From contig CAVXZB010000023.1 in assembly GCA_963765895.1 (NCBI GenBank), positions 224,001 to 288,000 on the forward strand: a stretch of DNA of 64,000 bases, read 5' to 3'. Shown piece by piece: positions 21,718 to 34,127 of the stretch. Position 1 is the stretch's first letter. Each line of letters begins with the position of its first letter. This stretch comes from an uncultured Nitrososphaeraceae archaeon (lineage in GTDB: Archaea > Thermoproteota > Nitrososphaeria > Nitrososphaerales > Nitrososphaeraceae). A program made the translations under genes and the position numbers. The notes under the pieces are model-generated. The model did no database searches. It was not told the DNA's origin and saw nothing but the letters and a program-made list of their open reading frames with translations.

Positions 21718-22289
21718 AGATTTGATCTAGAAAACAAACTTATTAAGAGATGCATTATGGAAAATATAGTCTAAATATTAAAAGAACTTATAATTTCAGC
21801 AAAAGCCAGATAAGAATAGAACATTCACATATATTGCGGTTGTTATTAGTAATATCCGCCTAATTCAATCTCAAGGATTTGTAAGAGACTCATCTACTAC
21901 TAATCGTATTTCCTAGACTTTACTAACTCTCGCCAAGGTAGATAGAATTTTCTATTCAATTTATGCCTCTCATTCCGAATGTGGATCTAGGAGATGCATA
22001 GATAGTGCGGCGGAATAACTTGCTGTTGGAAACTGAGTGAGGAAAAATCTAATATGAAATGTCTAGATTAGCAAAGTGCCCCCAAGTTTTAAGATTTTAC
22101 CCCTCAATTGTTTCTGTAGTAATCTGATCGTCTGTTAATTCCAAGAACCGAAATAAGACTATTTTTCTTACTGGATATCGGAATAATTAGTTCAGCAATA
22201 TGTAAAAACTATAATTTAGAATTCCAAGCCTATTTGCAACGAGTATAAATTATACGACAGATGCACCATTCCTATTAGTTTGATTTGAA

Positions 22290-22472
22290 ATGAAATGGCC
22301 TCACGACATCAAGAACTGGACATGGGCAAGTATTGCCGCGTTTGCAATATCATTTACAATATCATTAATTGCACATGTTCCGAAAGAACGAGCAATAGTT
22401 GGATCCACTTTGGCCGCGTTATTGGTTTTTAGTGGCTTTTTCTTTAGATTCAAAGGTAGGCAAGAAAAATGA
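22290..22472 (+). CDS. Small two-TM membrane protein
   Basis: 60 aa with two hydrophobic helices and a basic tail. Confidence 0.55.
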   Translation: MKWPHDIKNWTWASIAAFAISFTISLIAHVPKERAIVGSTLAALLVFSGFFFRFKGRQEK

Positions 22473-23565
22473 GACTTCGTGGTTGACTAAATACAGTCGT
22501 GTATAACTATTGAATAATTATCATGTAACGTATTTACGTCACCGCGATATGACATATAATCATGAATTTGCCCATGTAGCTGACAATTCAAGACATTTCC
22601 TTATTTCTGTTGGCATATTATAATTTTAAGAACAGCTATTATAAAAATTCGACAGTTGTTTAGCATTTGGAGATAATTATAATAATCCTAGATAATATTT
22701 TTAGATCTTGGATTAATACATCCAGTGGTTCCTATTAAAAGTTTCAGAATATGATAAGACGAAAATAATTTACTTTGTATAAGCAAAATCTCTCTTAGAT
22801 TAACTTATTATTGAGCAGCCCGCAAGCCTGAGTCAGTTAGCTAACCGACCCGGATTTCGAAACGAGTATGCGTGCTTGTTCTGTCTAGGAACATGGCTGA
22901 TCAGTTGGAAGAGAATCAGTCTAGATAATAAAAATTGAGTGCAGATGAATGTACGAAAAGCAATTATAAATTATCAAATCGACATAGTGAGATAGCCAAA
23001 CTTGTAATATCGCACAGATGAAGGATGGATTATACTTGCCTTTTCCTCTAGAATAGGGAAATAGGTGATAGAAATATGGATTTTAATCGTACATTATTAT
23101 TCCTAATTTTATGATCATGATAGAGGTTTCATTTACTATTAAATCTCCAGTATCTGTAATTGCCATCATGTGTGGCTTCAGTATCGCCCGCTTTCCGTAA
23201 ACAAAATTAGCCGAACTTTATATAAGAGGTTCGTAATTGGTTCATCTTCTTTCTATAATATAAATTACTAAACCTTTAATATCGTGTTGGTATAGAATTT
23301 AGGCAACAAACAAAATATATGAAAAGATTAGCCTATCTGATTGAATCCGAGACGACAAGAATTGAAAAGGTTGGAGCGCATAACCATCACTTATATAAGA
23401 TTTTACGGACTTGAGTAACTCCCGCCCGAATCCCTATTGATCAACTGCACGCGCTGATGGCATAACTATCTTTGTTTGTATGAGCACATGTTAAATTGCA
23501 ATTAAGCAAAATGTTCACAACTGCTCAAACCCCCCAATACCACTGTATAAACAGGCTAATCAAAT

Positions 23566-23901
23566 TCAGTCGTTACGGATGAGTTTCCTTCTAATAGTTC
23601 TTTTTTTAATAACCTTGGGCTTTGCGGCATTTTTGTCTTCAGACGGTTTTTCTCTTACAACTATTTTTGGCTCGTTGATTTTGTTACTAACATCTCTTAA
23701 CTTATCAATGTTTTCCTGGTGAGTTGTGTTTCTTAACTTGTCAATCGGTATCCCATACATTTTAGCTAAGTAATGGTTCTTTATGCCAGCCTCATTAAGT
23801 TCCTTTAATGAGTATCCTCTTCCGCTTCTAGTTGCAACAACACTTTTACTTCTGAATTTAACTATAGGCTTTTCTATCTGCAATATTCTAGGCAATTCCA
23901 A
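23566..23901 (-). CDS. rpl13e: Ribosomal protein L13e family protein
   Basis: RSGRGYSLKELNEAGI...GIPIDKLRNTTHQENIDKL matches the L13e pattern. The tracked ATG lies inside the IS end, so TTG 23901 (or 23895) is preferred. Confidence 0.8.
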   Translation of the reverse strand: MELPRILQIEKPIVKFRSKSVVATRSGRGYSLKELNEAGIKNHYLAKMYGIPIDKLRNTTHQENIDKLRDVSNKINEPKIVVREKPSEDKNAAKPKVIKKRTIRRKLIRND

Positions 23902-23941
23902 TTGATATATTATTACACAATAATAAATATTTCTCGGTCTT

Positions 23942-24890
23942 GGCTGTGTAGAAACCATCTCATACAGTCAAAGCTTTGTAAGAGTATAATACCAATAGTC
24001 TATTGAAAGAATCAATGTACAGTCAGACTTGCAGGTACTATGTTCCGTGTTTTGAAGCATGCAAGGATTCCTCTATTTTCTAACAGGAAAAGTAATCACA
24101 TATTTACAATATGGCAGCACATAGTTCTAGTTGCTATACGACAGTATGAAGGTAAGAGTTATAGAATGTTTGTCGAGTGGTTAATTGAAGCCTATTACCT
24201 AAGGTCATTTCTACGGTTGTCACGTATTCCTCATTTTACAACATTGCAAAAGTTTACAGATAGAATCAATAATTCATTGCTTGAAAAGATAATTTCGTCA
24301 TTCATTGTAATTAGTGGTACCAAGCATATCTTTGCAGGAATAGATTCAACAGGATTTAAGATAACTCATGCATCACAATATTATACTGATCGAACAGAAT
24401 TGAGAAGAAAATATGCGAAATTATCTATTGGAGTAGATGTATTACAACAAATCATATGTACAATTAAGATAAGACGAGCTCCAACAAGGCATGATAATGT
24501 AGATTTCAGGCCAATTATAACAAGGACATCAAATATTCTTCCATTATCCGTAGTTACAGCTGATAAGGGTTACGATAGTGAAGATAATCACCTTCTCGTA
24601 AGAGAGGACTTACATGCATTCAGTATTATTCCTGCTCGATATGAACATGTACCGATGTGGAGAACACATGGTAAGTACAGAAAGCAGATGAAGCGTGGTT
24701 ACTCCAAATTGCTGTACAATCAACGAAACAAAGATGAAACCATAATATCAGTCATAAAACGACTATTTGGAGAGAATCTTATGTCTAGATTGACTAGAAT
24801 GCAGAACAGAGAGTTATCATTTAGATGTATCACCTACAATATGCATAGACTGACTAATCTTGTAATATTGATGATGTTTTCTACATAGCC
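23942..24890 (+). mobile_element. Complete IS5-family element (ISH1-like), 949 bp
   Basis: IRL GGCTGTGTAGAAACCATC (23942-23959) vs IRR revcomp GGCTATGTAGAAAACATC (24873-24890), 16/18 match; TCGGTCTT duplicated at 23934-23941 and 24891-24898. Confidence 0.93.
24040..24888 (+). CDS. IS5-family DDE transposase
   Basis: IPHFTTLQKF, GIDSTG, ADKGYDSE, YNQRNKDET motifs; stop lies in the right IR. Confidence 0.93.
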   Translation: MFRVLKHARIPLFSNRKSNHIFTIWQHIVLVAIRQYEGKSYRMFVEWLIEAYYLRSFLRLSRIPHFTTLQKFTDRINNSLLEKIISSFIVISGTKHIFAGIDSTGFKITHASQYYTDRTELRRKYAKLSIGVDVLQQIICTIKIRRAPTRHDNVDFRPIITRTSNILPLSVVTADKGYDSEDNHLLVREDLHAFSIIPARYEHVPMWRTHGKYRKQMKRGYSKLLYNQRNKDETIISVIKRLFGENLMSRLTRMQNRELSFRCITYNMHRLTNLVILMMFST

Positions 24891-25139
24891 TCGGTCTTCT
24901 ATAAGTAATGAAATTAAACTCATTTTTTTAGATCGCCTCGCCAATTCCGATACCAATGATTGTTGCTATTTAGCGGCAAGCCATCAATAACTTTGACAAG
25001 GTATTTAATTTGTATTAAGAAGCATGATCTTGTATGAACCTGTTTGCAGGAGAGTCAAGATAGAATGAGGCACTTCAGTAGGCTTACTCTATGTCCCGAA
25101 TCACTGAAAATTTTATGTAGTCGTATCGTTATTACGATC

Positions 25140-25605
25140 TTATTTTATTACCAGAACGGGACATGTAGAGTAGGTTGCCACTCCTAAGGCAACGCTCCCG
25201 AGCAGTAGTCTTTTGAATCCCGACAGCCCTCTGGTTCCCATCACAATCAAGTCTGCGTTTTGCTCTTCGGCATATTCTACAATCGCAGATTCAACTGATA
25301 ACTGAGTATCGACTATTTCAGTCCTAAACTTGATTTGAGTCAGCTTCAGCATCTTGAATAACTTTTTCGAACCACTCTTTGGTTCTCAATTCTCTTTTCT
25401 CCCTATCATGTTCAGTTTCATTTGGGGCGGGTGCAAGTCCGTAAGATGATAACGACTTATGAAGCACAGTTATGGCAATCAGTTCTGCTGAGCATGATTT
25501 GGCTAACTCGATTGCGTAATGAGCAGCGTCTCTAGAGGACTCCGAGCCATCGATTGCCAATAATATCTTGGAGAAGCCGCCAACCGTTACACCACTTGTA
25601 TTCAT
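25140..25605 (-). CDS. Universal stress protein (apparent +1 indel near 25347)
   Basis: [12 protein letters not shown] in one ORF; [23 protein letters not shown]...CPVLVIK in the other. Confidence 0.88.
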
Positions 25606-25908
25606 AGGCAAATTTGCCTCATATACGATCACATCTTTATGAGTAATAAATACTGTTTGCAATGAATTTAGACAAGATAGGATTAATAGATACAGCGCTA
25701 GATCGATTTTAACGTATTAAGAATATTGACATGCACGCCACCTTTAGCATTACAAGACAGTTTAGTTAAGAAGTTGGTTTCTGCACCGCAAAGGTTTACA
25801 TTATTTATCAAAATACGCCGAAGGGAGTCCATTGACTGTGACTCTACTTTCAAAGGCAGCAAACCATAATTATTTAATAGTACCTTACTGATTCAAAGTC
25901 CGATTCGA

Positions 25909-26115
25909 ATGGGCAAAATCGAAAAGGGTATTAATTGCGATGTTCAGGGTTGTGACGAAAAGGCAGAAAGATCCATGAGCGGATCGAAAGCGGCTATGGC
26001 CACTAGTTTGACTGTCAACTCCGGTAAGAGGGTCTATCTTTGTAGGACTCATTACAAAGAGTGGAAGAAAGCAACAAAGGAAGATAGAGAAACTGAAAGA
26101 GCTCGTTGGGGTTAG
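25909..26115 (+). CDS. Small zinc-binding hypothetical protein
   Basis: CDVQGC...LCRTHY (C-x4-C...C-x2-H); AT-rich TATA-like sequence upstream. Confidence 0.75.
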   Translation: MGKIEKGINCDVQGCDEKAERSMSGSKAAMATSLTVNSGKRVYLCRTHYKEWKKATKEDRETERARWG

Positions 26116-26835
26116 ATAGTCAGTACTCATTTCAGCTTTTTAAGCTGCATAATCAGTACCTAAAAGAGTAATATCGTTTATGAATCGATACTCTCGAGAT
26201 AGAGTATAAATTGTCAAAAGGTGGAATTTACCTTAGTGAACTTTGCCATCATGACCAGGTCAACCAAGAAAATACTATTGGCAAGGTAATTCCTATTCAT
26301 TAGTATAGTTGTTGAACTGAATTATGATCCATCCAAAAGGATGTCGATTGCGAATTAATTTGAATCTCAGAGGTTCATCATGTATAAAAATCCGAAAGGC
26401 ATTATCTGCATTAGTCGAAAGTTAGTGGACTTGGTCCAGACAAATTTCAAATATTAGATTCAAAGGTGTCAAAGGGCGAAAGATAGAGATAAAGTTCTCG
26501 CAAGTGTAAGTTGTGATGAACCCGAATCCGGAAAAATTAGCACAAGTAGGTCAGCAAGAACAAGATATGTTTTTGCCGCTGATCGGTTTGTTTTATCTAG
26601 ATTGCCTAGGGGATACGATAACGGCTCATTTAGAGAAGATGATAAGTAGTATCGAAAAGATTGTATAATTCAGAATAAAGGATCATCCAAATTCTCAGTT
26701 TAAGTAAAACACTGGACTTGTTAGCCCTTTGCAAATGAGCATGATGAGTTGCAATATGGTTTAAGTTAAAAGCCCTGCTACGACAGTCCAAAGCCTTTAA
26801 TCCAACTCGCCTGCATACATCTCTTCAACTGACAA

Positions 26836-28741
26836 ATGCGCCTATTACAACTTCATTCAGATTTTGTAGAATATGAGCCAGTAGATAAAGAAATTAGCGA
26901 AGCTGAAGTAATTATCTCAAAATCTAAGCAACGAATCGAAGAAGTCGTATTGAATCTAATAACAGTAGAACTTGGGGATGACGAAGAAGTAGTGTCTGCA
27001 GCACTTGAAGAGATCCATAGTTATTTGGCAAAGGTAAAAAGCAAAAAGATATTAATTTATCCTTACTCTCATTTAAGTTCAAATCTTGCTCCTCCAAATA
27101 TTGCGTTTAGTATATTGAAATCTATAGAATCATCTGCAAGAAAATCATTAGAGGTCTACAGGGCACCCTTTGGATGGACCAAATCACTTAATGTCAAGGT
27201 TAAAGGACACCCCTTGGCTGAGAATTTCAGAATATTTTCTAAGAGTGAATCGTCCATTGGCCAAGATCATGTTTCGAAGGCTCATGGTTCTGAAGACGAC
27301 ATTTCTCATGCATTAAAGGCAGAAGAGAAATTAGCCTCCTCATGGTTCATTATGAAGCCAGGTGGCAAGATGATTCCTGTGAATCAGTATAAATTCGAGG
27401 AAGGTGAAGATAATCTAAAAATTCTTGCAAATTACGAAATTTTGAAGAAAAGGTCTGTCGAGGAGGTACCTCCACATGTTAGACTAATGAAAAAGATGTC
27501 TATCGCAGATTATGAACCAGCATCTGATGCTGGCAACATGCGGTTTTACCCAAAGGGGAGACTAATGAAATCTTTGATAGAACGATACGTTACAGATCGC
27601 GTAATTGCCTCTGGTGGTATGGAAATAGAGACTCCTATAATGTATGATTCCAAACATCCATCTATGGAGAGCTATTTTAATAGATTTCCGGCTCGTCAGT
27701 ATAGTATCCTCTCTGACAATAATCGGCAATTTTTTCTAAGGTTTGCCGCCTGCTTTGGGCAGTTTCTAATGGCAAGAGATTTTCAGCTGTCATATAAACA
27801 TTTACCAATTAGACTTTATGAACTTAGTAGATATAGTTTTCGAAGAGAAAAGAGTGGTGAGCTTGTCGGGCTCCGCCGTCTAAGGGCTTTTAGCATGCCA
27901 GATTGCCACGCATTTTGTAAGGATATGAACCAAGCAAAGGAAGAATTCCTGAGGAGGTTCAGATTATCGATGGAAGTAATAGATGGTTTAGGATTATCAA
28001 CTAGAGGAGATCTTGAAATGGCGATACGCTTTACGGAAGAATTTTACCAAGACAACGAAGATTTCATAAGGGAGATTGTAAGTAAGTTTGGAAAGTCTGT
28101 CTTGATTGAAACGTGGCGAGAACGCTTTTTTTATTTTACATTAAAATGGGAATTTAACTTCGTGGACAATCTTGGTAAAGCCTCGGCCTTATCTACAGAT
28201 CAGATTGATGTAGAGAATGGAGAACGATATGGTATCGAATTTGTAGACGAAGACGGTAGTATTAAGTATCCTATAATTTTACACAATTCGCCAAGTGGCG
28301 CAGTAGAACGCGTGATATATGCGCTGTTAGAGAAAGGCAGCAAAATTTGCAAGGATGGGCAACAAACCCACATTTCCATTATGGCTTATTCACACCCAGG
28401 TTCGAATTATTCCAGTCTCGAGGCTACACATGAACTTTTGCGAGAAAATGCTGGAATACCTCTGTAGCATGAGAATTAGAACAGATTTAGACGACCGAGA
28501 AGAATCTGTTTCGAAAAGAATTAGGGAATCTGAAACTGAATGGATAAGATACACACTGGTAGTCGGTGACAAGGAAATAGAGGAGGAGAGATTTATGATT
28601 CGTGACAGAGTTCTAGGAAGGCAAAGGATCATGGCATTGAAAGATCTGGTTATTGAGATACATTCTGAAACTGAAGATAAGCCTTACCAACAACTGAATC
28701 TGCCTAGTCACCTTTCAAAGAGACCGCAAATAATGGTCTGA
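26836..28741 (+). CDS. thrS: Threonine--tRNA ligase, archaeal type (apparent +1 indel near 28335)
   Basis: MRLLQLHSDF editing domain, YPYSHLSS, LRFAACFG, RLRAFSMPDCH, LHNSPSGAVER; the anticodon domain continues in ORF 28355..28741. Confidence 0.95.
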
Positions 28742-30170
28742 ATTCCCGCCACTTTCAAATCTTCAATGGAAGATGATAGTTAACGAGTTATCTGAGTTAC
28801 CTCGCAATTTTGGATGAGAATTACAGTAGAATTTCGTTGCCCAAATACGATATTCACTAGGTTTCAACCAAAAGTTTGAGTCATTTTACCATGTCAGGTT
28901 TTATTTAGACTGACTCGAAAAAACCCATCAAGTGGTATATCAAATTATGGACATTGAGTCTAATAAGTTATTAAATAAATATACAATTGGCCGACTGGAA
29001 AGTTAGTGTTTGCATTGATGATAAAAGATCTAGAATCTAACGAAGCATATGCCCTGGGAACAAATATCAATGCGACCCTCCGCAATTTTAATACAGCCTC
29101 ATACGTTGAATGAGGGGTTCATTTTTAGTTTTCTTTATGAGATCTCAACTTTGGATTGATAATTTGGCTATTCCAAAGTTATGCTCCGTTTGTCCAACGT
29201 AATTATCGTAATTTGAACTGTATTCCCATTAAGAGGGATTTGACACAACTGTCGTAATTATAAAGCCAGACTCGTGTTGTATCAAACCAGTTTTTATCAA
29301 TCTTCAATTGATGCAAGGTAGTATTCTAGGAGGCGGATTCATCTGGGACATGAAGAGTATCAAATAGCACTTATTCGAACTTTTAGTAAATGATTATAAG
29401 GACTTTCTGACAATGGTTCTGTATCTACGATAAGTAAAGCGGAAAGCGATAGTATGATTCTAATAATGATTACGACCCGGCGACTCATGATATATGGTTT
29501 AGGTAGTTGTTCGACTGTCATAACTTAACTCTGAACTATAAATATTTCTTTAAAGAGGTATATTCTATTTAGGAATTTTGCCGTCACCCAATTCATGAAC
29601 GTAAAGTCTTATAGATGATATTGTTCAAAGTACTCACGTGATTTATCAATTGAATTGAACAAATTTTCTATTGAATCAATTTCGAGCACAGATGAATTGG
29701 GAATTTGAAATATAGATATTCAATCACTAGAATCAAGATATAAATTCGAATTCCCCGTTCACTTATCTGAGTCGTTCTGATGAAGTAATCTCGATTTATT
29801 TGACTGTTCTTGTCACTTCGTATGATTAGGTTCAGAAAATAAAATGGTGTATGTTGAGTACGAAGTCGAATTCATAATTGAGATACTAAGGCTTAACCCA
29901 TGAGAACAAAATAGGATCAAATGTTAGGATAAGTAGTTGATAAATAGTTAACAATTCCTGTGAAAAATTTGCTGTGAAAAAAAGCAATAGCTGGGATTTT
30001 TTATGGTCCTTATTCACTCACCTAGATAGAGTTGTTTTTACACAAATTTGCTTTCAGTATTGTGTAAGGAGTACATTTATCAATACCGCAGATAAATCAT
30101 AGCGGATATACATATGCAATTAAGGATATTGTGCAGCATCTAATCGCTTCCCCCGGGACGCAGGTTTAGG

Positions 30171-30506
30171 TTAACTCTTCAAGTGATATTTCTCAATTGG
30201 TGCAGTACCTTCTTTATACGTAATAGTTAGTGTATCACCCACTTTATAATGACAATTCGAAATTGAGCGAGGTTCACGGTCTGATGACTCAACTATACAT
30301 GTACCTTGATCATCCTTAATTACAACTCGGGCATTATCAGTAATTTCCCTCCTGAATAGATCCTTCAACGGAAACCCAAAGAGGAATTGAACGCCAAAAA
30401 CCGCCCCTATAATAACTAAAATAGCAAGTGCAGCCATTTTCTTGCCAGACATTTTAGAGAAAGGAGATGAGTCCATATCAGATCCAGAATCGAAATCGTA
30501 TCCCAC
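30171..30506 (-). CDS. Membrane-anchored hypothetical protein
   Basis: One TM helix then a small beta-rich domain with two Cys. Confidence 0.65.
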   Translation of the reverse strand: MGYDFDSGSDMDSSPFSKMSGKKMAALAILVIIGAVFGVQFLFGFPLKDLFRREITDNARVVIKDDQGTCIVESSDREPRSISNCHYKVGDTLTITYKEGTAPIEKYHLKS

Positions 30507-31156
30507 TAATTATGCACAGTATTTACTATGCTGATATGCGATTTAAGAATATATCATTGCAAGGCCTTGTTCTAAATAATTTTAGAGGTATTGAGAGTTA
30601 ATTTACTGCCGGACACTGACCTCAAAGAAAAGAAATACATTCTAAACATTGAGCTCAATGCCGTTATCCCCTATCTTACCTCGTATGCCAATACAGAAAT
30701 TCTCTCTAGCCGTTTAAGTTAGTAATGCAATGAATGTTAGTGCTAATTATGCCATAGGCGCTGTCATCTATCGGAGTCTATTCTTATCTAGTATGGCAGA
30801 ATACTGTAAGTCAAATAATTATGCTTAAGTTGACAAGTGTTATCACTACCAAATTACAATCGATTACAACCCTCTGCCAAAATGCAAAGTTGGAAGTCTT
30901 CATAAATTCAATCGCTTGTGATTTCATGATAATACCTTTATCTCTGGAGATTAGATTATATTTTATTCTACTATCATTCAAATGAAACTGTCATAATTTA
31001 TATAGAATTAATTGAATGTTCTAAATCCGACACCATAAATTTATCCTAAAAGTGTTCATGATTATTTACTTGGGTGATTCCATCTTTCATCAGAATTCAA
31101 ATAATAGTCAAAGTTAAGAGTGTGGTCCAATAAACTCTAGTATTTAGATATAGATC

Positions 31157-31777
31157 ATGGCCAATAGACGAATAGACGAAAACAGGAAGTCTCTCGAAGA
31201 TTACGGAACAAGGGTAAAATCGCTTAAGAAAATGGCCGCGACGGGTATTATATTAATTTTGGCTGTGGGTATTCTGACTATTTTCTTGGAAGGCCTCATT
31301 CCTGAAACTTATCTGAGATACGTAAAGATTGTAGAAGTGGGTATTATCGGATATTTCTTCATACAGGTTGTAAGTGAAGCAATTTATAGAGTAACACGCG
31401 ATTACTTTCAAGCAAACGCAAGTGCCATAAAGGCTTTCGTCAGAATCACTACTGCAATCATATTTGCAGCCATTATCCTCTCATATCTTAGCGACGATCC
31501 GTTCTTGGCGGCATCTATCACTACTGTAGCGGGCTTGGTTCTTGCCTTTGCCTCACAGACAGTTATGGGTAATATGATAGCAGGGTTATATCTATCACTT
31601 ACGCGACCATTCAAGATTGGGGATAAAATAACAGTCTTTGGAAATACTGGGACTATCTTTGAAATAGGACTGCTATATACCCGGTTGATATCTGAGCACG
31701 GGGATACCATTTTGGCGCCAAGTTCTGCATTAGTGAATTCGGCCATAGTATTGCATCGCGGTCAAAATAAGACTTGA
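31157..31777 (+). CDS. mscS: Small-conductance mechanosensitive channel family protein (short form)
   Basis: TM helices, AFASQTVMGNMIAGL, RPFKIGDKI, GTIFEIGLLYT. Confidence 0.85.
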   Translation: MANRRIDENRKSLEDYGTRVKSLKKMAATGIILILAVGILTIFLEGLIPETYLRYVKIVEVGIIGYFFIQVVSEAIYRVTRDYFQANASAIKAFVRITTAIIFAAIILSYLSDDPFLAASITTVAGLVLAFASQTVMGNMIAGLYLSLTRPFKIGDKITVFGNTGTIFEIGLLYTRLISEHGDTILAPSSALVNSAIVLHRGQNKT

Positions 31778-31901
31778 GCAAGGAATTCATTTTTGTTACT
31801 GGATATGTCGCAAAAATGGTTTACCTCTGAATAATCAAAATACTGATTATTAGTGCGATATTCGTTAGGTATAAAGCACGTATAACAAATAATGTTATTT
31901 A

Positions 31902-32525
31902 ATGTCAATAGAGAGAAGAGATAAACACTTCAGTGAATCTATCACTATATCACTTGCTATAGTCGCTGTTGCTTCTTTACTTGCCACGACCTTGGGGGTA
32001 TTTGTAGTTAGTTCAATGAAGGATATGATGATCTTTGCGCAGCCTGGTTACCCCTCCGAGGCGGGCAAATACAAGTTCGGCACTATCTCAAGTGTCCAGC
32101 TTGATAAGACTGGCAAACCAGAATGGATTCTTTCTGGGCACTGGAAATCAAATTTATTAAATGCAATATCGAACTCTACGGCTAGCCATGGCAACCTATC
32201 ATTTACTCCCGTATTTGATGCATCAATTAGAATGGTGATGGTAAACGGTTCTGCGTTGCATTCCCACACAATCACTAACTTCAACCTATCAAAAATATCT
32301 TCGCCGAACAACAATACGAAGCAATTCAATGGCACGGTCACTGCAAGCCTGAGAAATGGTCCAGTTACTGGTATTCCGGTCAGCATAAAGTTTCTTGGAA
32401 ATGATGTTATAAGCTTGTGGCTTGACCCGATGAAGATCAAGAATCATTATGGAAGTACCCCAATTTTCGGTTTCGAGGCCAACCCTAGCAAAAGACCAAT
32501 GCCCCCACAGAGAAACGCTCACTAA
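31902..32525 (+). CDS. Secreted or membrane-anchored hypothetical protein
   Basis: N-terminal hydrophobic segment; WILSGHW, HSH and HYGSTPIFG motifs; Asn/Ser/Thr-rich. Confidence 0.7.
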   Translation: MSIERRDKHFSESITISLAIVAVASLLATTLGVFVVSSMKDMMIFAQPGYPSEAGKYKFGTISSVQLDKTGKPEWILSGHWKSNLLNAISNSTASHGNLSFTPVFDASIRMVMVNGSALHSHTITNFNLSKISSPNNNTKQFNGTVTASLRNGPVTGIPVSIKFLGNDVISLWLDPMKIKNHYGSTPIFGFEANPSKRPMPPQRNAH

Positions 32526-32881
32526 ATCTTATAAATAGATCATTCGTTTCTTCTTACGTCATTATTTCTATCACAGCACAAAAGCATAACCAGATAGGTA
32601 GATAGAGTCACAGATTCGAATTTAACTGCTGGTATCTCTGGGCAAGATCTCTACAATAGACCAGATCTTTCAGTTGTTCAATTCTCTCTAAATAGCGATC
32701 ACATCATAAATTAGGCGCGAATTAGCCTATTTACTTTCTAATCTATTCAGGAATTTGTTATGTAGAGAGGTAATCAGTGACCCTTTGAATTAGGGCAATG
32801 GTAAATCCTCTATATTATTCAGAACATTTGACTTCTATTGATAGTTAATTTTTTATATACGGAAGAGTCCAATCCCAATTC

Positions 32882-33880
32882 ATGCTAGAACAAGAGAAAA
32901 ATCCTCGTCTTAGTAGTTTTTGCATCTATCTATGCAGTTCAATTCTAATTAGCTTGCTTGTAATAAGCACTATTACTACTCACCAGGTATATCCAATCGG
33001 ACCAGAACAGTACTCCTTTGTTGGAAAATGGGGATCAAAAGGTGTAGGTCACGGCTCGTTTGCGCAGCCGGCTGGCATAACAACAGATTCGAATAGAAAT
33101 GTGTATGTAGGAGATCTCACAGGGATCAGCGGCAAGATACAAAAATTTACTGGCAACGGCACATTCATTACTTCTTGGGGAAATTTAGGGTTTGGTCCTG
33201 GAACATTTACAAATCCGACCCAGCTTTCTACAGATTCTAATGATAACATATACGTAGCCGATTTAGGGAATGCTGAGACTGCTGTTCAGAAATTTACTAG
33301 CAACGGCACATTCATTACTTCTTGGGGTTCAACAGGATTATCTGATGGACAGTTTATAAATCCGAGTGGGATTGGCGTTGATTCTAAAAGCAACGTCTAT
33401 GTGGCCGATTATGGAGAGAATAATCGTGTCCAAAAGTTTGATAGCAATGGAAACTTTATAGCAAAATGGGGATCTACTGGTACTGGTGACGGACAGTTTA
33501 TAAATCCTGCAGATATTGCCATAGATAAGTTAAACAATGTATACGTTGTAGACAGGGGCAATGATCGTGTCCAAAAGTTTGATAGCAATGGAAACTTTAT
33601 AGCAAAATGGGGATCTACTGGTACTGGTGACGGACAATTCCAAAGTCCCATAGGTATTAGTACAGATCGGTCTGGGAATATTTATGTGGTCGACTTTGGT
33701 AATGATCGTGTCCAAAAGTTTGATAGCAATGGAAACTTTATAGCAAAATGGGGATCTACTGGTACTGGTGACGGACAATTCCAAAGTCCCATAGGAATCG
33801 CAGTTAATTCCAAGGGGATTGTGTACGTTGTCGATGGTGGAAACAGCAGAGTCCAGTCTTTCTCTCTTGCCCCTAAATAG
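32882..33880 (+). CDS. Secreted NHL-repeat six-bladed beta-propeller protein
   Basis: Signal peptide; six repeats of WGSxGxGDGQFxxPxGIxxDxxxNVYVxDxxNxRVQKF. Confidence 0.92.
   Translation: MLEQEKNPRLSSFCIYLCSSILISLLVISTITTHQVYPIGPEQYSFVGKWGSKGVGHGSFAQPAGITTDSNRNVYVGDLTGISGKIQKFTGNGTFITSWGNLGFGPGTFTNPTQLSTDSNDNIYVADLGNAETAVQKFTSNGTFITSWGSTGLSDGQFINPSGIGVDSKSNVYVADYGENNRVQKFDSNGNFIAKWGSTGTGDGQFINPADIAIDKLNNVYVVDRGNDRVQKFDSNGNFIAKWGSTGTGDGQFQSPIGISTDRSGNIYVVDFGNDRVQKFDSNGNFIAKWGSTGTGDGQFQSPIGIAVNSKGIVYVVDGGNSRVQSFSLAPK
33423..33795 (+). repeat. Three near-identical DNA repeats, period 141 bp
   Basis: ATCGTGTCCAAAAGTTTGATAGCAATGG...GGTGACGGACA at 33423, 33564 and 33705. Confidence 0.92.
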
Positions 33881-34127
33881 GTTCAATTAAATTAATGACA
33901 GTATTTCATTTTTTCTGCGCCTAAGATCTGTCAAATTCATACTTGATATACCAGTCACAAGATATGTGCTTTCAAGTCAAATTTTTGTCACAGGATATCA
34001 TCTGGTCAGTACTGGATTATGAAGTAATCACGCGATTAATCCTGGCCATCTGAATGTCACAAGTAATCAAAAACAGATATTGAGATGCATTTAATAATAA
34101 AGGTCTAAATTATATAATGAATAAGAT

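Noticed and set aside
21438-21719. Plus-strand Gly/Asp-repeat ORF (DDGG)n
   Set aside because: Antisense shadow of the poly-His ORF, which has a coherent signal peptide.
23902-23958. Long N-terminus of L13e in the ORF track
   Set aside because: It begins inside the IS inverted repeat and crosses the likely promoter.
26836-28741. Naturally split ThrRS
   Set aside because: The break is a single extra base before the anticodon domain, unlike the crenarchaeal editing/catalytic split, and matches the window-wide indel pattern.
28742-30170. 1.4-kb ORF-free region as RNA gene or replication origin
   Set aside because: No tRNA/rRNA features, ORB-like repeats or convincing structure seen.
33423-33795. 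Regularly spaced repeats as CRISPR or DGR template/variable repeats
   Set aside because: The 141-bp period equals one NHL blade; no reverse transcriptase or cas gene in the window.
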